Virus record (IMG/VR): IMGVR_UViG_3300020352_000501
Coordinates: 1 to 45,016 of that record
Reading direction: 5' to 3' (one strand)
Source of the DNA: a virus
Lineage: Duplodnaviria > Caudoviricetes
Length of the DNA: 45,016 bases
In this document: piece after piece, positions 8,734 to 16,550 of the stretch
How positions within the stretch are numbered: the first letter of the stretch is position 1
How the letters are laid out: each line of letters starts with the position of its first letter
Notes under the pieces: model-generated
Database searches by the model: none
Seen by the model: the letters and a program-made list of their open reading frames with translations, nothing else
Told to the model about the DNA's origin: nothing
Program-made: the position numbers and the translations under genes

Positions 8734-10755
8734 CTATGAAGTACCAACTTCTTCGTAAGTATCTAAGTTTGTGTCAGTATTAAATATATACTGGCCGTTT
8801 ACCAATACCATAATCCTCATGCCATTTCCAAACGCCGCGGTGGACCGCATACCCTGATATCTTCTCAAATCTGGATTTGTTCCATCATAAAGATAGGTTG
8901 TCATAGGAATGTTGCTCGACTCCGCAACCACTTCTGCCGATGAAAAACAAATTAAATCCATTTCCTCTTTTGGATACATAAATCTTTGTGTGGTAAGTCC
9001 TGTTGGAAACGTGATTACAAATCTATTCTCATCAGTTATTGCCAATTGTTCTAGCGGATTGATTACTGCGTTGCTATCTATCTGATGTCGAGTTGCAAAC
9101 TTATGAACATCTTGCGGTTTTAAAATATCGAATTCTCTTACAACAAAACGCCAGATATTTTTTGCCGTGTGTTCATCAGCAAGATAATCTTCTCTATCAA
9201 ATGGACTCAAGATATAAAAAGTTTTGGTGTTGTCAATATTTGATATATCAAGTTGATTTCCCAATTCATCGAAAACACTTGTTACTTGATCTGCCGCTGT
9301 TTGAAGATTCGCTGCTTGGTTGGAAAAGAAAACTCCCGCATCACTAGAATAAACGGACTCCCTAGAACACGAATACATTGCATGTACTGGAAACTTAGAT
9401 GCCTCATCATCCCGCGACAGGCCTGTTTCATTATTTACTGTTCTTTGAATACAAAACCATGCATAATCGTCTGCTTGGTCTCCAGCGGCATCATCATAAA
9501 CATAAAACATTATTCCTCTTTCGGTCATTGTCAATCTATATGAAAATGGATAAGAACCAGAAATAGTTGCATCAGTTTTTGGATATCTTTTAAACCATCC
9601 AGAACCTTTTCTTTTGTTTCTAAATCGAATAGAGCGGTTATTGATATATTTTGTGAAATTATCTACGGCCGCCGGTGCATTTACGCTTGCAAGATTGCTG
9701 CCTGTTGTGGGGATATAAAAGGTTGCCAGCGGAAATTCATTAAAGGTATGTACTACAGAAGTGCCAGTACCACCGGCAGTAGTGTCTGCTGCGTTAGCGG
9801 CGGTCTGATCCAAATATGCAGGCCAATAATATTTCTGTGTATTTCCATGTGTGGAAACATCATCATTTAGTCCATAAACATAATATGGTCCACTATTTGC
9901 AGGATCCGAAACGATTGTAATATCTTCGAAATGTAAATCAATCATTTCGCCTGGGTTGCGAAGAATTGAAGTGTCCACTTGAATTCCATTTGGCAAAGAA
10001 ATAAGTCCGTCCTGAGTTAATTGTGGATTAGAAATAGAACCGTCTGCTAATAACTGATTTGCAGTTCCACTGTTTATTTTCAACCAACCATATGAAGGAT
10101 TTGGAATACCAGTGCTTAGTTCCCAACCATCGACAAGAGTTCCGTTAAACGAATAGCCTGGGTGATATTGATCTGGTATGAATAGAGATTCGTCAATAAT
10201 GTTTCCAGTAGTATATTTAGACATACCCCGCGAAGACTGTCTCAAATTTAGTTGATATAATTCTTGTGGAAATTCTCTATCACCAATATTACCACCCACA
10301 TCATAATAAAGTCTAGGACGTAAATCAAATTCTACTCTTAGTCTATAATTTTGGTCAATCCCACGCGACACAGTACCGTTATTCGGTAAACTATCATTCG
10401 TAGTATTAAACAACAAAACGTGTTGTTTGGGGTTTGAATTTCCTACAATTTCGGTAAAGTTTGCAACACCCGAATATGGAGAACCACCCACACCTAATTG
10501 TGTGTAAAATTGTTTTTGTAAATGTGCATTTTGTCCGGCGGAAGTACTATCAATCATTTCATTACCAACAACAGGATTTCCATTGTACATAGTCCAAGAG
10601 TTTGTTAGATCTGCTGCCAGAACCATCAACATACCACCAGAAACAGTTCCATCTGCGCCAATCGACCCCGCACCCTCTAAATTAGTGAACGAACTTCTTT
10701 GTCGAGACATGCCATACTTTGACAGTGTGGCAGGATCTACATATCTTTGCGCCAT
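8734..10755 (-). CDS. Virion structural protein, paralogue 3 (673 aa, shortest and most diverged member)
   Basis: YPFSYRLTMTERG..DDYAWFCIQR, RFVVREFDILKP, INPLEQLAITDENRFVITFP and GMRSTAAFGNGMR align with 4400..8668. Confidence 0.9.
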   Translation of the reverse strand: MAQRYVDPATLSKYGMSRQRSSFTNLEGAGSIGADGTVSGGMLMVLAADLTNSWTMYNGNPVVGNEMIDSTSAGQNAHLQKQFYTQLGVGGSPYSGVANFTEIVGNSNPKQHVLLFNTTNDSLPNNGTVSRGIDQNYRLRVEFDLRPRLYYDVGGNIGDREFPQELYQLNLRQSSRGMSKYTTGNIIDESLFIPDQYHPGYSFNGTLVDGWELSTGIPNPSYGWLKINSGTANQLLADGSISNPQLTQDGLISLPNGIQVDTSILRNPGEMIDLHFEDITIVSDPANSGPYYVYGLNDDVSTHGNTQKYYWPAYLDQTAANAADTTAGGTGTSVVHTFNEFPLATFYIPTTGSNLASVNAPAAVDNFTKYINNRSIRFRNKRKGSGWFKRYPKTDATISGSYPFSYRLTMTERGIMFYVYDDAAGDQADDYAWFCIQRTVNNETGLSRDDEASKFPVHAMYSCSRESVYSSDAGVFFSNQAANLQTAADQVTSVFDELGNQLDISNIDNTKTFYILSPFDREDYLADEHTAKNIWRFVVREFDILKPQDVHKFATRHQIDSNAVINPLEQLAITDENRFVITFPTGLTTQRFMYPKEEMDLICFSSAEVVAESSNIPMTTYLYDGTNPDLRRYQGMRSTAAFGNGMRIMVLVNGQYIFNTDTNLDTYEEVGTS

Positions 10756-10758
10756 TTC

Positions 10759-13700
10759 TTATTCCTTTTTCAAATAATCTAATAATTTTCCAGTAATATA
10801 AACTATTGGATGCCAAATAGTACACCAAATTCTTCCGACAATATCATCTTTTTCTTTTTCTTTAATACCAAATTGTCCCGCATAACCATCTCTGCTCAAA
10901 ATATATTTTAGGTGTTGTGTTCTTTTTTGTGCTAACCATCCACCAGACTTTGTTAAGCCAGTGCTCTTTCTCATTCCCTTAACCCAAGGCATAAACAAGA
11001 AATGATATCCTTTTTGATGATATTGAGTCAAATGCGTTTTTGTATGCAATCCCCAAATTTTCATTGCAAATTTCCAGTCATCTAGTTGCGTTTGTCTATA
11101 CATTTCAGTACAAACAATTTTGCTATTCCCGCCGCCGTTGCCGCCGCCATCAACCCATAGGTCTGACCCATCTTCGGAAAACTTTTTCGCATCGCTGTAT
11201 CCCATGCCGTTGGGGTCAGTAATCCAACCATTATTACCACCACTCCAACCAGATGTCACATTTCCATACTGATCCACGCCACTAGTCCAAGAGGGGCTAT
11301 TGTCATACCCACCGCCATAGTATGGCGGCGGAGGCGGCGGAGGTGGCGGAGGTGGAGGTGGCGGAGGTGGTGGCAACGGTCTATTATATGCAACGCCGAG
11401 GCTTTCTCCATCAGCAGGAGTTTCAACGGAACAACTAAACCAAGTTTTACGCCCGTCTACCCACCATTTACCACCAGTTGATGTTATTTCGACTATTCCA
11501 CAAACATTGGATTTGGGTGGTGGTATTACCGTTCCTGAGACTACATGCGTCCCAGATGTGTAGTATTTGACACCTTGGATTATAATACCGCCGCTTTGGC
11601 CATCAGGTGCCTTCTGATTTGAAAGTGGGTCTGCATCATTACTACCAATACCACCTTCTCCAATCACAATAGCAAATTCATCTCCGATATTTGCGGTAAT
11701 GGTGCCGGACGCTTCTCCGCCGTTTTGGGCATAACCGTTATTGAATGACTCGTAAACGCCATCAATCGGTGCGCTATATTCTCTATTCCTGCCACCATTT
11801 CCCTGCACACTACCTTCCCAACCTCTTGGGCTCTGCCCCGCATTAAATGCATGTGCAGCGAGAATCGGTGTTGATGCAATCTGCGTACCACTTTTCGAAA
11901 GGACTGTAGAACCGCCAGCAGAACCTGCTGCAGGCTCGAAATGGTATGACGGAGTGGCTGTAACAGTATGAGTGGCATCCGAAGTGTAAAGAACGCCTTG
12001 AATCAATACGGCACCATTAGAACCAGCGCTGCCATCACCATAATGTATGCCAGAGTTGCGCGCTCCACCACTGCCACCCTGTCCGATGGTGATATGGATC
12101 GTCTGTCCGACCTGCAGCGAGACCGTGCCAGATGCAGTTAAACCATTATGCCCGACATCTATTCCGGTGCCACCAGAACCGTCAGGCGTAGCACCGGACG
12201 GTCTCCAATAGGCAGGCGACCCGCCTTGGTTTCGATGGCGGTAGCCCCAGCTGATCCCACCATTTCCATAGGTTTCACCGTTCCAGTTTAACTTACGCTG
12301 AACCAAATTGTATGTCGCAACTCCTGTATTTGCAAGTTGAGTACCAGTGATACTATCCAATGTCAAAATTGTTCCACCGCCAATTCCGCCGGGGCTGCCC
12401 GGAAAATCGGCAACAAAGCCATCTTCAGGATCGCCCCACGAACTGAATCCTAGGCCATGACCGCCGGAACCGCCACCGACCATGTCATAATCTACTTCTA
12501 CTGACGTACCGGATTCTGGATCGACACCTATGTAACCTTTTCCTGTTCCGCCGTGTCCGCCACCAATCATCTTGTAATCAAAACTCACTTCAGCAGTACC
12601 CTGTGCAGCATTCCAGTCTTCCCACGGTTTGTTCCATATTAATAATAAAGCCGCAGCGTTAGCTCGTATCGACGTCATGTCGCCTTTAGCATAACGGGTT
12701 CCGTTTTTCACTTCACCAGTTTTGTCATTTCTTAATTGCGCCCACTGTTGTGGTCTACCGTTTCCTGTCCATTCTATATAAGTCTGAAAATAAATCCATT
12801 TGCCAGGCTCTGCGGTGCCAATAGTTGCTGTCTTGGCATTTTGCAAAGTCCAAGGAACATAAGACGTAGAACAAAGAAGATAGTTTAGTTTGGCAGTGGT
12901 TGGAAAAGATACTGATGTGTTTGTTGGTGGTGGTGCATAGAAATCCTTGGCAGCCCCATCACAAACATATTCTTCTCCTACACCAATAGTGATGCTGTTT
13001 CCGTATTCTGGTAGATATACCTGTGCCGAATATCCGGGCGGCTTTTCTGGAACATATGATATCGTTCCATCTTCGTGGAAATTTATTCTCGATGGCCCAA
13101 TTCCCATTTGCGAACTCGGAGTTTTTCTGAAAGTCATTCTTGGATTCGTGGCACCCATTTTGTGAACTTTGAAGGTAACATTACACGAATCCGCAAAAAC
13201 ATTTCCGACATCTTCAAAATCGTCAGCGGCATTACTACCTCTTCTTCCCGATACAATTGGTTCGTCGCTACTAAACTCTGGTTCGACGTATAATTTTTTT
13301 CTAAGATTTGATGCCGGATATGCAGTTCCAAAGGCGGTCGAAGCCAACCAAGCCTCCAAATTCGAAATACTTCCACTTGCATTAGAAGGTGCAATGCTTA
13401 CAAGATCTTCAGTCACGGGCGTAACGCTTACCGAACACCCGTCAGATTTGAACTGCGTTTTGCTCTCTAATAAACCATTTTTTCTAATTCTGCCGGTATA
13501 TGCGACATAATATATTTTAGGAACATTCGGATCTTCAGTACCGAGAACATCAACAGTATATGGCATTGTGTATGATGGATTATAATTATCTACGCCTTTG
13601 AGCGAAGTTGCCGAAGAAAATTTTTGTTGAACAATGTTATAATCTTCGTCTAACAAAACTATTCCTGCATGAGACATCTCTGAATATGCGCGACCGGTGG

Positions 13701-15144
13701 CACCAAATATTTGCACAAATCCATCGCCACCTTTTCCCGATTTTGAAACATAACTCGATCCAACATAAAACCCCGTACCATATACAGGATGGTTAGCATA
13801 CTGATCTCGGTCTGCCAGACTTGGTGTAAAGTTGTCTTTATCGGTTTGATTATAATCTGTATATAGATTGATAGATTGTACACCACCCTCGGGAACTTTA
13901 ATAGTAATTTCTTCGCCCGGAGCCGTTTCAAAATCACCAAGATAAGTGGTTGGTGATGCATCTCCACCATAGGTCAAAGCGCCACGCTGTGCGTGTTGAC
14001 CTGCGGCACCACCTGTGCCCCAATCGGTGCTGTTGGGCTCGAATGGTTCGCCCTGATTGGGGTGTTCGTCTGCAGCGGAATATCCATCCGACCATACCGA
14101 ATCCCCACCACTGCCATTACCACCAGCCGCAGAATTAACTTGACCGTATAGAGAATCCTCCCACCAAATCATATTAATAGGATATTCGCTTCCTGCAAAC
14201 CAATCCATTTCGTTAGCACCACTTGATTGCTTTTTATGTCTTTCTGGATTGATTACTGGTAAAAATGCCGCGCTCTCGCCCGCAGTTGCAGCGTTGGTGA
14301 TGCCATATATCTTTCTGGCCTGTGGACTGTCTGCATATTTGTATAATTTGTTAGTCGAAACTGCGGCAGATCCCGTCACCTGAACACTCGTCGGATCAAA
14401 GTTTTTGTCGGTGCCAAACAGACGCATCGATTTTCCACCACCCATTCCACCCAACACTTTAACCGTTAAATCATTTGCGGTAATAAAGACGGTTCCGCCA
14501 TCATGGCCCTCTTCAATAATTGGGGTCAACGTGCCTTTCAATGCGCTATCGCTTGCAGTAATTTTCTGCACACTACCACTACCACCACCTGCTGTGGCGA
14601 TGATTCTAAATCTAGTGATTTTTCTAGGAATAGTCATTGTCCATTCGCCGAAAGGGAAATAATCTGTATTCAGATTAGTATTTCTCAGGAGCTTTTCGTA
14701 TCCACTATCTTCGCCTACTTCGGTTCCTAGTCTCGTTTGCGCGTGCTGGACATTAATTCTTGCATATGGTGTACGAACTTCTAACATAACACAATACGCA
14801 CCATCTTTTCGTGTCACATATTGTTTCCAGTTATCTTGTAACGCCGCCCAATAATTTGGCGAGCCTTCGCAATGTCTCCAAAAATCGTCTTCATCTATTG
14901 CCGGTAGTGCAGTTGTATATGGCCTTACTACAGCGGAAGTACCATAGTAATCACTCCAATTTACTCTTCCTCTAAGCGCGACCGTGGGTTCGTGAATTGG
15001 AATATTTTTGTTTTCGAATATATCCGGTACGTTTGCACCTGTACGATAATACTCCGAAATCGAATGTTTTGCAGTGTTAGTTTGCGGCAAGAACTCGTTA
15101 TAAATCTGTCCTAATGTAATTCTTCCGGATTTATTTAATGGCAT
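10759..15144 (-). CDS. Glycine-rich fibre-tip adhesin-like protein (1461 aa) with poly-Pro linker and Cys-led C-terminal domain
   Basis: N-terminal SGRITLGQIYNEF...SISEYY...SDYYG motif of the kind seen in proteins encoded after phage fibres. Several glycine-rich domains (..IGGG.GG ... I.IG.GG ... G..G.V.I). Lies directly after the fibre gene. Function is inferred. Confidence 0.6.
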   Translation of the reverse strand: MPLNKSGRITLGQIYNEFLPQTNTAKHSISEYYRTGANVPDIFENKNIPIHEPTVALRGRVNWSDYYGTSAVVRPYTTALPAIDEDDFWRHCEGSPNYWAALQDNWKQYVTRKDGAYCVMLEVRTPYARINVQHAQTRLGTEVGEDSGYEKLLRNTNLNTDYFPFGEWTMTIPRKITRFRIIATAGGGSGSVQKITASDSALKGTLTPIIEEGHDGGTVFITANDLTVKVLGGMGGGKSMRLFGTDKNFDPTSVQVTGSAAVSTNKLYKYADSPQARKIYGITNAATAGESAAFLPVINPERHKKQSSGANEMDWFAGSEYPINMIWWEDSLYGQVNSAAGGNGSGGDSVWSDGYSAADEHPNQGEPFEPNSTDWGTGGAAGQHAQRGALTYGGDASPTTYLGDFETAPGEEITIKVPEGGVQSINLYTDYNQTDKDNFTPSLADRDQYANHPVYGTGFYVGSSYVSKSGKGGDGFVQIFGATGRAYSEMSHAGIVLLDEDYNIVQQKFSSATSLKGVDNYNPSYTMPYTVDVLGTEDPNVPKIYYVAYTGRIRKNGLLESKTQFKSDGCSVSVTPVTEDLVSIAPSNASGSISNLEAWLASTAFGTAYPASNLRKKLYVEPEFSSDEPIVSGRRGSNAADDFEDVGNVFADSCNVTFKVHKMGATNPRMTFRKTPSSQMGIGPSRINFHEDGTISYVPEKPPGYSAQVYLPEYGNSITIGVGEEYVCDGAAKDFYAPPPTNTSVSFPTTAKLNYLLCSTSYVPWTLQNAKTATIGTAEPGKWIYFQTYIEWTGNGRPQQWAQLRNDKTGEVKNGTRYAKGDMTSIRANAAALLLIWNKPWEDWNAAQGTAEVSFDYKMIGGGHGGTGKGYIGVDPESGTSVEVDYDMVGGGSGGHGLGFSSWGDPEDGFVADFPGSPGGIGGGTILTLDSITGTQLANTGVATYNLVQRKLNWNGETYGNGGISWGYRHRNQGGSPAYWRPSGATPDGSGGTGIDVGHNGLTASGTVSLQVGQTIHITIGQGGSGGARNSGIHYGDGSAGSNGAVLIQGVLYTSDATHTVTATPSYHFEPAAGSAGGSTVLSKSGTQIASTPILAAHAFNAGQSPRGWEGSVQGNGGRNREYSAPIDGVYESFNNGYAQNGGEASGTITANIGDEFAIVIGEGGIGSNDADPLSNQKAPDGQSGGIIIQGVKYYTSGTHVVSGTVIPPPKSNVCGIVEITSTGGKWWVDGRKTWFSCSVETPADGESLGVAYNRPLPPPPPPPPPPPPPPPPPYYGGGYDNSPSWTSGVDQYGNVTSGWSGGNNGWITDPNGMGYSDAKKFSEDGSDLWVDGGGNGGGNSKIVCTEMYRQTQLDDWKFAMKIWGLHTKTHLTQYHQKGYHFLFMPWVKGMRKSTGLTKSGGWLAQKRTQHLKYILSRDGYAGQFGIKEKEKDDIVGRIWCTIWHPIVYITGKLLDYLKKE
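11323..11373 (-). repeat. 17 consecutive proline codons
   Basis: (NGG)17 on + strand, i.e. CCA/CCG/CCT mixed with no CCC. Confidence 0.95.
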
Positions 15145-15168
15145 GAATTTATACTCTTTTTTATCGGG

Positions 15169-16341
15169 TTACACGAAGGCAGATATGTCGCCGGTCGAGG
15201 TGATGTTGCCATTGCTGGTAGTTGCAGAAATTGCACCTCTTACTTCTAAATCACCGGACATGGTATCACCCGCACGTCTTACAAATTTTGTGCTGTCGTC
15301 ACCATCTAATAGCGGTTTTAATAGTGCATATAACGCATTAAGAGAACCAACCACATTGGTTGAAAATATCGCGGGGTCTAATGCTGCCATGTCTCCATTG
15401 AGCGCCTGAAAATAATTATGTTCTGATGTAATCCTATTATCTAAATTTTCTATTAGTGCGGGCAGAGTGTTTTCCGTGGCAACATATAACAAATCTAAAT
15501 TATCATCAATTATTCTAATATTTTCTCGAACGATATGTGTATTGGCATAGGTGTTGCGGGTGTCGGTTATATAATTTCCGCTCCCATTTGTTCCAACACT
15601 AGTCATTAGAGCCGCAATTTCATCTTGCATGTTGTCAATAGTGTTATCATTTTTTCCAATTTCATCTGCATTGAGTCTTACTTGATTGTCCAATATTTGC
15701 AAAGAATGTCTTACTTTTGCGGCCGCGTTACCGTCCCCATCGATATAATTATTTCCTATGTAGTTTGTTCCCGACTTAAATATGAGATATCCATTATCAT
15801 CTTCATCGCCGAGGGTAAATGCAGTTTTTCTCTGTCTGTCGTCAAGTCTTTTGGCCTCAATGTCTAATTTTGCAATAGCATCCGCGATAGTTGTTGCCGT
15901 CGTCATATATGTCGATGTAGAAAATGGCAGGAAACTACCTGTAACTTCTAGTCCTACCGCAGCTTGTGTGATATTCAACTCTGATTGTAGGGCGGCATCC
16001 GCAGCCTCACGTTCAGTTTTTTCATTTGCAACAGAAGTGTCAATATATTCTACAAGAGTCGAATAAGATTTGTTTAAGGTTTTGACAATAGTGGTGTCTT
16101 TGATTGCAGGATTAATATCATCCATAATCCCAATATTATCTCGATTTGTGTCTGCGTGTGCATCAACTTCATTTATCGCATCTACAATAGTCGTGGCGCT
16201 GTCAGTATTGAGAAAACTTAAATTTCCTATATTTGCAGCGGCCGCTTCAGCATGAGCGATCATTGAGTTGGTTTTTATGCGCCATTCCTCGAATGTATCC
16301 GTTTGGATAACTTCGACCAGACTTGGATATACTACAGCCAT
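15169..16341 (-). CDS. Fibritin/whisker-like trimeric coiled-coil fibre protein (390 aa)
   Basis: N-terminal V.QTDTFEEWRIKTN motif typical of T4-like fibre attachment regions, heptad-rich middle, and C-terminal fibre motifs FVRRAGDTMSGDL and GNITSTGDISAF. Confidence 0.65.
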   Translation of the reverse strand: MAVVYPSLVEVIQTDTFEEWRIKTNSMIAHAEAAAANIGNLSFLNTDSATTIVDAINEVDAHADTNRDNIGIMDDINPAIKDTTIVKTLNKSYSTLVEYIDTSVANEKTEREAADAALQSELNITQAAVGLEVTGSFLPFSTSTYMTTATTIADAIAKLDIEAKRLDDRQRKTAFTLGDEDDNGYLIFKSGTNYIGNNYIDGDGNAAAKVRHSLQILDNQVRLNADEIGKNDNTIDNMQDEIAALMTSVGTNGSGNYITDTRNTYANTHIVRENIRIIDDNLDLLYVATENTLPALIENLDNRITSEHNYFQALNGDMAALDPAIFSTNVVGSLNALYALLKPLLDGDDSTKFVRRAGDTMSGDLEVRGAISATTSNGNITSTGDISAFV

Positions 16342-16548
16342 TTAAATTCTCTCCAATATTATGTTTAATATTTTTTTAATTTCGTCTATCTCATTTTTTA
16401 GGTCTCTGACCTCTTCATTTCTTTTATTGTGATAGCCCAGTTTGTTTTTATAATCTAAAAATGCCCTACTGTCGGTATTTATGATCGCCCGAGATTTCAT
16501 GTCCCTCTCGAGCGATTTGTTTGTTTCTACTTTTAGTCTATTTGCCAT
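16342..16548 (-). CDS. Small conserved coiled-coil protein following the VrlC-like gene (68 aa)
   Basis: KVE...L.RD..S.AIINTD...Y motif plus C-terminal heptads (LKNEIDEIKKIL). Abuts both neighbours. I recognise it as the small gene that usually follows vrlC-like genes in marine T4-like phages. Confidence 0.75.
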   Translation of the reverse strand: MANRLKVETNKSLERDMKSRAIINTDSRAFLDYKNKLGYHNKRNEEVRDLKNEIDEIKKILNIILERI

Positions 16549-16550
16549 TT

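Noticed and set aside
1-15144. Diversity-generating retroelement or invertase acting on the adhesin/paralogue genes
   Set aside because: No reverse transcriptase or recombinase gene, and no near-identical repeat pair of about 100 bp with adenine-specific differences or inverted crossover sites seen by eye.
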